Positions 24,051-33,965 of a DNA stretch of 39,272 bases are shown here, piece by piece; position 1 is the first letter of the stretch; the number at the start of each line of letters is the position of its first letter. The stretch lies in contig NC_068981.1 of NCBI RefSeq assembly GCF_001194135.2, positions 142,478,831 to 142,518,102 on the forward strand, read 5' to 3'. This DNA comes from Octopus bimaculoides (lineage: Eukaryota). The notes beneath the pieces were generated by a model, which was given only the letters and a program-made list of their open reading frames with translations, searched no databases and was not told the origin of the DNA. The position numbers were made by a program, and so were the translations under genes.

Positions 24051-26309
24051 GTACGTGTCTATGTATGTATGTACGTATGTATGTATATATTAAATTGAAA
24101 AAACATGGACGAATTTCTTTTGTCGAATCGAAGGGCACCACTGTCTAGGGATGACCCAATTTTTTGTAGATTTTAGCCCTTCTGCTTGTTAAATCAATAT
24201 ACACCTGCTCGATTAATTTTGATTTCGACAGATTAAGGGAACGCAGCTGTTGGATTTCTTTGCTTTGTTTACTGTTCCTATTCACCTTTTGTTTTTGCAT
24301 CAACCTTCTTCTAGATTTTCCTATTTTCTCATAGACGAGCGCCCCGTTTTTCAAATAAGACCAGCCATGTGCACTGAACGTCAGGGATTACAAACAAGAA
24401 GTACAATACGTAAATGTGACGAATTAATGTGAATCCAGGCCATGAAACCATTAGTAGCTCATATTTAAATATTGTGTATATTAAATGATATATTTCTTGG
24501 TCCTACCTATAATGGAACAGTAAAATACCATACATATAAACACACAAACACACACGCATACACGCGCCCACAAATATATTTAAATACGTACATGTATTTA
24601 TATACACGCATACCTACACAAGGTTGCCAAAGTGTCACAAATTCTGTCCGCTTATTATTATTTGCGGACATAAGATGTTGCCTCCAACTGCTACAACTAC
24701 ATTCCTATACTTCGTAATTTTGGTGTAGCCTGCACATACACACACATACGCACGCGCGCACACACACACACACGCCCCCCACACACATACACACACACTC
24801 GCTTATGCAGGTGGCACACTTTGGTAATCTAGTGTGTTTAAATAAAAATACCCGAGATTAAGCTTCTAATTAGGAGTCAAAATCAGTACATGTTTTTAAA
24901 TTATAAAAAGCAAACAATTTAGGGAAGTAGAGTAACATCAACTAAGCCTAAAAATGCACTTGGTTGCATTTACTCTCATTTACTCTTGTTCTCTATTCTA
25001 TGTATGTTTCGTTCTCTTTTTATCTCACCCTCTTTTTCTATCAAACAAAACACTTTCACAAACACTTTCAATTTCACTGAAACGCACTCGCTTAAATGGA
25101 CACACACAGACACAAGCACACATATGTATAAACATATTTGCGTGCAGTAATACCATCACAGAATGCACCAAACTAAATGCAAGTACAAGCACTTTCGTTT
25201 TCATTGCCATCGTTCGGTATTGCAGTACATCTAAGATATCTTCGTTGTTACCATGCCTAATATTTTGTAATTGCAAACATCTTGATTAAAAACGATAAGT
25301 TATTTTTTAATCGTAACCTTCGTATTTGTCAAGCATGGACAATCGTTAGCATGTCGGACAAGTTTCTCAGCGTCGTTTCTTTCCGCTCTTATTATTTTTT
25401 TTTCCTGAGTCCAAATACCACAGAATACAACTTTGGCTTTCATAGTTTTAGGATCAATAAAATAAAATATCAAAGAAGGTCTGGTGTTTCTGTGATCTAC
25501 TACCCTTTTTCTAAAATTGTGGATTTTGTAATGAAATTTTAGAACGTGTTATTCTGTATATTTTTGTCGAAATGTATCCGCGTTTCCATGGTTTGAGACC
25601 TTGTCTTGAACAGGCAATGTTATGCGAAGAACATTCGGAGGCTGCCTCTTATCTCCGATCTGATAGTCTTTCAGGAGAAACCACTTAAACTGTTCTCGTT
25701 CAGACCCAGGAACAATCCCAACTCAGCGTTTCTCACAGCATCAACTAACTTCCTATGGAAAACATGTTACTTTCCTGCTAACGATTTTGATCTGTTGGAG
25801 CTAAACTGCGAATACCTGGCAGCATTCATGATGGTCCATTCATATTCTACGTTTGACCCATAACTCTATCTCGACCCAGGACATAATTTGCGAAAGACAT
25901 GTTAAACCAAAAATGTGAACAACTGTTCGCACACATTTCCGCCGAGGTTGTTAAATACCGTGGAATATCGCTCATGGGTCAGTTCTTAGCTTAGTATTTG
26001 AATATCATCTGAAAACTAATGGAGGTCAGGCCGAATGAAATGTTGCTTCTAAAATATATCCAACTTTACGAAAACGCATCGAAAGGGCAAACATATGTTT
26101 AAATCGTTATCATAGTTATCTCTGCACATCGCTACTATCAAAATAGTCATTTCATTTCTTAAGCACAATTGTGCTATTATGTAAGGAATTGATCGCTTGG
26201 AGAAATATTTAGAGAATAAATTCTCCATCATTCCGATAGGAAATTGCTCCAGAATTGATCAACAAGGACTGCATGAGAACGATGGCTGATCAGCTAGTGC
26301 ATTGAGTGA

Positions 26310-26458
26310 GAGAAAGAGAGAGAGACAAGGAGAGAGAAAGAGAAAGAGAGACAGAGAGACACACACAGACAGTGACAGAGACAGAGACAGACAGACGGAC
26401 AGACAGAGACTGAGAGAGATGAAGAGAGAGGAAGAGAGAGAGGGAGAGAGAGGGGAAA
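26310..26458. repeat. (GA)/(GACA) purine-rich low-complexity tract
   Basis: Direct reading. Confidence 0.9.
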
Positions 26459-27681
26459 CTGGATGAGAGTTAAGCAGTGGTATCACTATCCTGACATCGG
26501 ACCGGAAGATAGAATAATGTGTACTAGTGTTTACAGCAAGCGGATCAATTACAAACAGAAATCTTTTGAAAACACAAACAATTATTTGAACTAGGAATCC
26601 GATAGACGGCTGTACTTATCTCAGTTAGTCTACAGACAAATTGAGGTTAATTTGATCCTGCCAGGAGCTCCAGTATCCATACACAATGCTTGAATAAATA
26701 GATAAATATATTATCCAATGATCTGGAAATGTCTAATTCTTAATATACAATCACAGAGGAAAATGTTTGCTTTATTGAATGTGTGTGCGTGTGCTATTGT
26801 GTGTGTGTGTGCGCGCGCTTGAGTGTTTATATATATATCATATANNNNNNNNNNNNNNNNNNNNNNNNNNNNNNNNNNNNNNNNNNNNNNNNNNNNNNNN
26901 NNNNNNNNNNNNNNNNNNNNNNNNNNNNNNNNNNNNNNNNNNNNNNNNNNNNNNNNNNNNNNNNNNNNNNNNNNNNNNNNNNNNNNNNNNNNNNNNNNNN
27001 NNNNNNNNNNNNNNNNNNNNNNNNNNNNNNNNNNNNNNNNNNNNNNNNNNNNNNNNNNNNNNNNNNNNNNNNNNNNNNNNNNNNNNNNNNNNNNNNNNNN
27101 NNNNNNNNNNNNNNNNNNNNNNNNNNNNNNNNNNNNNNNNNNNNNNNNNNNNNNNNNNNNNNNNNNNNNNNNNNNNNNNNNNNNNNNNNNNNNNNNNNNN
27201 NNNNNNNNNNNNNNNNNNNNNNNNNNNNNNNNNNNNNNNNNNNNNNNNNNNNNNNNNNNNNNNNNNNNNNNNNNNNNNNNNNNNNNNNNNNNNNNNNNNN
27301 NNNNNNNNNNNNNNNNNNNNNNNNNNNNNNNNNNNNNNNNNNNNNNNNNNNNNNNNNNNNNNNNNNNNNNNNNNNNNNNNNNNNNNNNNNNNNNNNNNNN
27401 NNNNNNNNNNNNNNNNNNNNNNNNNNNNNNNNNNNNNNNNNNNNNNNNNNNNNNNNNNNNNNNNNNNNNNNNNNNNNNNNNNNNNNNNNNNNNNNNNNNN
27501 NNNNNNNNNNNNNNNNNNNNNNNNNNNNNNNNNNNNNNNNNNNNNNNNNNNNNNNNNNNNNNNNNNNNNNNNNNNNNNNNNNNNNNNNNNNNNNNNNNNN
27601 NNNNNNNNNNNNNNNNNNNNNNNNNNNNNNNNNNNNNNNNNNNNNNNNNNNNNNNNNNNNNNNNNNNNNNNNNNNNNNNNN

Positions 27682-27712
<31 letters not shown>

Positions 27713-27717
27713 CACAC

Positions 27718-27766
<49 letters not shown>

Positions 27767-27912
27767 GACACATTTAACCAAATACGAGTATCGTAGGAGT
27801 GATTATCGTTGAGGAATCATGTTTGGTTTAGAATTCAACCAGCCAAGCAAGATATATGTGTCTGCGTGTGTTGGTCTATATGTTTATGCATGTATAGATA
27901 TGAATAGCAGTG

Positions 27913-27978
<66 letters not shown>

Positions 27979-27989
27979 ATAGTAGTAGT
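27913..27989. repeat. (TAG)n trinucleotide microsatellite
   Basis: About 25 near-perfect units; produces the poly-Ser/poly-Thr ORF artefacts. Confidence 0.97.
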
Positions 27990-29039
27990 TTGATCTCTAT
28001 AGTTAGCATTCGGTATTATGAACGGATCGTTTGTTAGATTTTCAACAAAGACATGAATTTTAAGTGTGCTTCTCAATGAGGACATCTTTTATCTAGTAAC
28101 CTCATCAACACCCATAAGTGAAGCAATTATTTGTTCTTGTTATCTACTGTATTCTGTAATATAAATCTCAGGAATCTAGTTTCAAATCTAACGTACGTTA
28201 AATATTCTGTACTACATAGAAATAATTACATTTATTTTCAACACCAATATATGGAAAACAGTCACTAAGGGATTTTGTCCGGAAGAAATATTTCCTTATG
28301 TTGACTTCGTGTGTGAGAGCCTATCGAACTAAATCAAAAGTGATATATGTTGCCATTACCACACAATATGAAATTATTTCACCACTTTCCTAGTAGATAC
28401 CCCTTCTGTCTGCTAAAGCTAAGGCGGAATTTGTTTGTGTTTTCTGTAAAGAATATAATTGGCCAGCATGTCGTGCGATTTATCAAGCTACATGTATACT
28501 TTAATGCACCAGGAAGTACTGAACATGAATTCAAAGATGTATGCATTTATTTTGCACGCTTCTGTAACACAGAACTTAAGAAACATTCACTGCAATACAT
28601 TTTGATGGAGCAGAGATACTTTTTAAGGATTTTCTGTGTAAGAACACAAGGAAGTAACGTCAGCAGATGCCACTTGGTAACCTTCTGTAAGATAATATGC
28701 AAGCAAGATTTGAGAGGCTTCTCCCTTTCCTTAAATGGTTGTGCAACCGAGTATGCGAGTGTGGGCATGATCTTCATAGCGAGATCTGAAATATGAGCAA
28801 CAGAAAACAATGTGTGAGACTTTGGCGAAAACGAAGAGTGTGAAAGGACTGTGGGGGATACGATTTTACAGCAAGGCAAATGAGAAAATCTGATGGCATT
28901 GTATAAGTGAAACAGGAAACAACGTCTCTACATCAATAATTTAGTGGTTTATGTTTAAAATGCTTGTCAGTCCGCCAAATTGGCTTCTTTTGTATGAAAG
29001 TTTAAATGCTTACATAGCAGTAGCCCTGTCCACTGCTTG

Positions 29040-29138
29040 TATCTCTCTATTTATCTATCTATCTGTCTATCTATCAATCTATCTCTATCTCTCTGTCTCC
29101 GTCTCTCTCTCTCTCTATATATATATATGTGTGTGTGA

Positions 29139-29197
<59 letters not shown>

Positions 29198-29210
29198 TAT
29201 AAATATATGC
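29040..29210. repeat. Compound (TATC)/(TC)/(TA)n microsatellite
   Basis: Direct reading. Confidence 0.92.
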
Positions 29211-29212
29211 AC

Positions 29213-29266
29213 ACGGTGGTGCATTAGCATGGCCGCAGCTCTAAGCTGAAACTTAAGAAGAAAAAA
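29213..29266 (+). mobile_element. Isolated 3'-tail fragment of a SINE or LINE
   Basis: ggtggtgcattagcatggccgcagctctaagctgaaacttaagaagaaaaaaa: three blocks match the LINE 3' UTR at 23981-24028, followed by an A-rich end. Confidence 0.6.
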
Positions 29267-29658
29267 ATATATATATATATATCTATATATATATATATGT
29301 CTGTATATATGTATATATGTGTGTGTGTGTCTCTCCGTGTATGTATATATGTACATGTATATGCATTGAACACTAACCAAATCAAAATTTATAGACATTC
29401 TTACACCTAGGAGGAATTATAGACTAACGGATGCAAGTGTTGCAGTGTTTTGCGAATCTACAATGGACGGTCAACAGTAGTTGTAGGTAGCAAAGGAAAC
29501 TTTATGGCAATGCTAAGATATTTAATCCTACATCTTGTAAAACAGAAATATTTTTGGAAGAAATTATTTATAATAGCAATGCAGACATGGATATTTAGAT
29601 TTCAGATTGAGCAAAATTATAGAAGCACACATGTACCCCATATACTTATATACGCACG

Positions 29659-29702
<44 letters not shown>

Positions 29703-29939
29703 TGCAGCGTGGAAGGTGTTTATAAGCCATTTAAGAAACACACAAACACCGCTAGATTCACGTCAGTGAACAGGTCGCGGTCTCAAAGAGACGAAAATAT
29801 TTCGGCAGATTAAATTTAAATGTTGAAATGAATCTAACGGTTTTTGTTTGTTTCTCAAATGGCTTATAAACACCTTCCCCGCTGCAATTGTTTTCGTTCC
29901 AGCACACGATCTCAGATCAGGTCACTTGCTATGCAAGTA

Positions 29940-30042
29940 CATCTCTCTCTCTCTATATATATATATATATCTCTCTCCCTCTCTCTCTATCTATCTCTCT
30001 CTCTCTCTCACTCTTTCTCTCTCTCTCTACACACACACAGTG
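29940..30042. repeat. (TC)/(TA)/(CA) compound microsatellite
   Basis: Direct reading. Confidence 0.9.
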
Positions 30043-30186
30043 TGATATATCAGCTACTGGGAGAGACTGAAAGCGTTAAGACATTATTTCCTTGGAACAA
30101 AGGCGTGAAAGATATGCAGTAATATATATCTGGAAAAGCCTAGAATAGGTTGTATGTAACTTTGATATTTTTAGTTACAAAAACAG

Positions 30187-30471
30187 CCTAACGGAGCGCC
30201 ACTGCATAGTACCAACGATCCTAATATGGTCGTCGGGATGCAGAATAGTGCACAGCTTGGGCTTCAAGGACCTACAGTTCTTCAGTATCTTCCTACAAGA
30301 CCTGAGACACCTGCATGGCGTGGATGCATCCGTTTCCAAACCAAACCTGTATCATGTTTTTCAGATGAACCTACCTCAAGGCAAGAAACACATGAGGGCT
30401 GCAACGTCAAACGTACTCGTTCATTCAACAAATGGCACATATCAAAGGAGGTTTAGTGAAAGTGTAACAAA
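30187..30471 (+). CDS. Candidate 285-nt symmetric (phase 2-2) coding exon, product unknown
   Basis: Begins after 'ttttagttacaaaaacag|' and ends before a consensus donor '|gtaagt'. Length is a multiple of 3, one frame is fully open (xLTERHCIVPTILIWSSGCRIVHSLGFKDLQFFSIFLQDLRHLHGVDASVSKPNLYHVFQMNLPQGKKHMRAATSNVLVHSTNGTYQRRFSESVT), and GC looks higher than the flanks. No homology recognised. Confidence 0.35.
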
Positions 30472-30477
30472 GTAAGT

Positions 30478-30665
30478 GGCATGGGGGTGGCGTAGCTGTC
30501 TGGTAAGAAGCTTGTTTCCCAACTACATGGCCGTGGGTTCAGTCCTACTGTATGGCACCTTGGGCAAATGTCTTCTGTTATAGCCTCGGGCCGACCAAAT
30601 ACTTGTGAGTGGATTTGGATGACGGAAACTGAAACTCAGAGAGCCCCATATATGTATGTATCTTA
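30478..30665 (+). mobile_element. 5' part of a tRNA-derived SINE (type D)
   Basis: 'gtggcgtagctgtctggtaagaagcttg...ccgtgggttcagtcctactg' (A/B-box-like), 'ggcaccttgggcaaatgtcttct...tagcctcgggccgaccaaa...ttgtgagtggatttgg..gacggaaactgaaa', then a TA/TG tract. Confidence 0.85.
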
Positions 30666-30678
30666 TCTATGAAAGGCA

Positions 30679-31416
30679 TTAAAACTGCACCAGCCTTTGG
30701 AGTATCATCCTCACTGTGTGAGGCCGAACATTACCCTGATGGAAGAATACCCTTCGTCTTGAAACACAAGATAATCGTTTTTCCTCTATCGCTGACGTAA
30801 CCCGCTCAAGCTGCTCGTAGTAGATCTCCTTTGTTATCACATGGTTTGGGTTTAAAAGTTCAAAGTGGACTAAATCTTTCACATCCCACCAAACAAATAA
30901 CATCCCCTTGCGTGTGTGAAAACCTCCTTTAGCCTGGGTCGCTGTAGTTTCTCCTTCCCTTACCCACAGTCTTCGGCGCTTGACATTTTTGTAGAGAACC
31001 CATTTCTCGTCATTATTCGGTCTAAAAATGGTTCATTCGTCAGATGTGACAGCAAAGAAGAGCACACATTTACTCTCTGCGCGCGATTAGACTCGGAAAT
31101 TTGTGAGGAACTCATTGACAATTTCCTGACTCTTCCGATAGCTTGCAGTTGATGATGAATGTTTGTATGACCAAATCCAAAGCTAGTTCCTCAACAGTTA
31201 CGATAAGATTTTGTTCCTGCAGTGTTTGCAGAACGTCCTCGTCCAGCTTTACAGATCTTCCACGACGATGCTCGTCTTCTAGGCTGTAGTTTCCGGCTCG
31301 GAAATTCTGAAACCCCATATACCGCATTAATATTCCTCACATTGGGTTGCGTTATTGGCAATATTGAACACATAAAACAAAATATGCCGAAAATGCTCCA
31401 TTTTCTCTTCCATCAT
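30679..31416 (-). mobile_element. Decayed, 3'-truncated mariner transposase (different lineage from the 11 kb copy)
   Basis: Minus translation across frameshifts: MEEKMEHFRHILFYVFN, RNINAVYG, FQNFRAGNYSLEDEHRRGRSVKLDEDVLQTL, NDEKWVLYKNVKRRR, KGMLFVWWD.K..VHFELL, VFFHQGNVRPH. The YSPDLAP motif and third catalytic Asp are absent. Confidence 0.93.
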
Positions 31417-31552
31417 AGTGTGAAAAAATATCTGTTGAAATCGAATTGGTGTCTTCAAATCTTGCACTAAGTATAAGGTAAAGTTACTACTTGCTTTCAT
31501 AGGAAGTTGATGCAGGTAGTTTATCCCGTCCCCCTCTGACTTTTAGTTCATA

Positions 31553-31579
31553 CTGCATTATTTAGGGGATGACCCAATA
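31553..31579 (-). repeat. Putative left terminal inverted repeat of the 30.7-31.4 kb mariner, abutting (TA)n
   Basis: Minus strand TA|TTGGGTCATCCCCTAAATAATGCAG lies ~140-160 bp upstream of the transposase ATG, with a TA flank as expected for Tc1/mariner. The partner TIR was not found. Confidence 0.5.
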
Positions 31580-31625
31580 TATATATATATATGTATGTAT
31601 ATATATATATATACANNNNNNNNNN

Positions 31626-31802
31626 TGCCTGTAATTCAAAGCGTCAGCCTTGTCACACTGTATCACGCTGAATATTCCCGAGAAGTACGTTAAGGTTAGA
31701 CGTGTCTGTGGAATGCTCAGCCACTTGCACGTTAATTTCACGAGCAGACTGTTCCGTTGATCGGATTAACTGGAACCCTCGACGTCGTAATCGACGGCGT
31801 GC
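31626..31802 (+). mobile_element. 3' half of a type A/B SINE (head lost in or before the gap)
   Basis: 'cctgtaattcaaagcgtcagccttgtcac...cacgctgaatattcccgagaagtacgttaagg...tgctcagccacttgcacgttaatttcacgagcag...gatcggattaactggaaccctcgacgtcgtaatcgacgg' matches the tails at 4811-5000 (reverse complement) and 8255-8422. Confidence 0.88.
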
Positions 31803-32721
31803 TCGTAATCGACAACAATTTTTGCATGCATATTTTATGAATATATATATATATANNNNNNNNNNNNNNNNNNNNNNNNNNNNNNNNNNNNNNNNNNNNN
31901 NNNNNNNNNNNNNNNNNNNNNNNNNNNNNNNNNNNNNNNNNNNNNNNNNNNNNNNNNNNNNNNNNNNNNNNNNNNNNNNNNNNNNNNNNNNNNNNNNNNN
32001 NNNNNNNNNNNNNNNNNNNNNNNNNNNNNNNNNNNNNNNNNNNNNNNNNNNNNNNNNNNNNNNNNNNNNNNNNNNNNNNNNNNNNNNNNNNNNNNNNNNN
32101 NNNNNNNNNNNNNNNNNNNNNNNNNNNNNNNNNNNNNNNNNNNNNNNNNNNNNNNNNNNNNNNNNNNNNNNNNNNNNNNNNNNNNNNNNNNNNNNNNNNN
32201 NNNNNNNNNNNNNNNNNNNNNNNNNNNNNNNNNNNNNNNNNNNNNNNNNNNNNNNNNNNNNNNNNNNNNNNNNNNNNNNNNNNNNNNNNNNNNNNNNNNN
32301 NNNNNNNNNNNNNNNNNNNNNNNNNNNNNNNNNNNNNNNNNNNNNNNNNNNNNNNNNNNNNNNNNNNNNNNNNNNNNNNNNNNNNNNNNNNNNNNNNNNN
32401 NNNNNNNNNNNNNNNNNNNNNNNNNNNNNNNNNNNNNNNNNNNNNNNNNNNNNNNNNNNNNNNNNNNNNNNNNNNNNNNNNNNNNNNNNNNNNNNNNNNN
32501 NNNNNNNNNNNNNNNNNNNNNNNNNNNNNNNNNNNNNNNNNNNNNNNNNNNNNNNNNNNNNNNNNNNNNNNNNNNNNNNNNNNNNNNNNNNNNNNNNNNN
32601 NNNNNNNNNNNNNNNNNNNNNNNNNNNNNNNNNNNNNNNNNNNNNNNNNNNNNNNNNNNNNNNNNNNNNNNNNNNNNNNNNNNNNNNNNNNNNNNNNNNN
32701 NNNNNNNNNNNNNNNNATATA

Positions 32722-32775
<54 letters not shown>

Positions 32776-33737
32776 TTTGTGTGTGTTTATCTTTCCCTTT
32801 CTCTGTCTCTTCCTGTCATTTTCGTCCTATTTTTACACTTCATCGATCTCACAGTCTCTAAATCACATCGTTCCTATTTTCCTGTTTTCATAATTTTACT
32901 TTCTCATTTTTCATTGTATATTTATTTTCATTTTTTAAAAATCTCTCTTACCCTCTCCCTAGTGTTCATTTCTGTTCTCCTCAATCAATATATTCACTTT
33001 TTCTTTCTTTCGTTCACCGCCTCTCTTTATTTCCGTTTCAGTATGTTAATTACTTATCCTCTTTCCATCTTATTTGCTCCTTACTCTTAATACTTCAGCT
33101 TCTGTTCTTTCTGTCTCTCTTTCTTTTAATGTCTCTTTCGTCATTATCCCTCAATAACTTATTTCACATTCTATTGCAATTCTAATTCTCTTTATTCTTC
33201 TTACCCAATTTAGTTCCATTGTTCCTGATCGCTTTTCCTTCCATGACAATCAGAAGATGGTGAAGGTAATGTATCATAATCATAGAAGAATACAAATAAA
33301 AACCCAAACTCGACTTTACGTTGCGTGCAACAGATACATAAATGCGAATATAATGAGACGATATTCATGTCGAGTACAACAAACTCGGGTGAAATTAAAC
33401 TGCGCACCGATGATGACTTGCTTCCTGATAGCCATGTAGCATCAAACGATAGTCTTGACATCGTTTTGCTGCTGTATTTATAGTGTTTCTTTTATAAAAA
33501 AGAAATGACCTGAATGGCTCGGAGACTGAAATACCAGGACAAACATCCGTCCTAGACCATGGTGAAATCTACCTTCCGATGTCAACCCGGCGTATTTCCG
33601 TTGTACACAAGCAGTATACCCAGACGTTGTTCATCTCGCTTCCAGGGGCAGATTTGTAAGGAGGATGTAATTCAGTTGTATCTAACCCTAACCCTAACCA
33701 TACCAGCTGATTACAGGCCAGCACATCAATATAGTAA

Positions 33738-33965
33738 AGCACGGCGAGCTGGTAGAATTCTTAGTTCTACGTGAGAAATGTTTAGCGGTATTTTGTCTAC
33801 TGTAACATTCTGCGTTCAAATTCTGCCGAGGCCGACTTTGCTTAACATCCTTTCGGAGTCGATTAAATAAGTATCAGTTACGCACTGGGGTCGATGTAAT
33901 CGACTTAATCCCTTCGTCCTTTCTTGTCTCTTATGTTTAGCCACCTTTGGGCAATAAAGAAATAT
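33738..33965 (+). mobile_element. Near full-length SINE (type C)
   Basis: Head 'acggcgagctggtagaattcttag...gaaatgtttagcggtattt', B-box-like 'gcgttcaaattc', central 'gccgaggccgactttgc..atcctttcggagtcgattaaataagta', 'ggggtcgatgtaatcgactt'. Related copies at 3883, 17056, 35992 and 38890. Confidence 0.85.

Larger units (their letters stand above)
2028..32716. other. 15 assembly gaps (approx. 2028-2931, 3573-3693, 5199-5929, 6758-6943, 9455-9950, 10987-10996, 14415-14838, 18437-18945, 19705-19971, 20578-20839, 22315-22550, 23253-23305, 26845-27680, 31616-31625, 31856-32716)
   Basis: Runs of N totalling ~5.9 kb, most bordered by (TA)n, consistent with short-read assembly breaking at AT dinucleotide repeats. 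Confidence 0.97.

Noticed and set aside
24148-24160. 13-mer gggatgacccaat identical to part of the putative mariner TIR at ~31566-31578
   Set aside because: Same orientation rather than inverted, 7 kb away, and a few 13-mer matches are expected by chance in a window of this size.
25606-25863. 85-codon ORF in a relatively GC-richer patch
   Set aside because: No recognisable motif and no convincing splice-site pair; the length is within chance expectation.
25925-25950. 'atttccgccgaggt' resembling the type C SINE core
   Set aside because: The match is too short to call a SINE copy.
27819-28085. Poly-Ser and poly-Thr ORFs
   Set aside because: Translations of the (TAG)n microsatellite.
1876-33090. 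All long ORFs in the track that contain X-runs (for example 1876-2985, 5083-5985, 26711-27812, 31702-33090)
   Set aside because: They are open only because N-runs and (TA)/(CA) repeats contain no stop codons.
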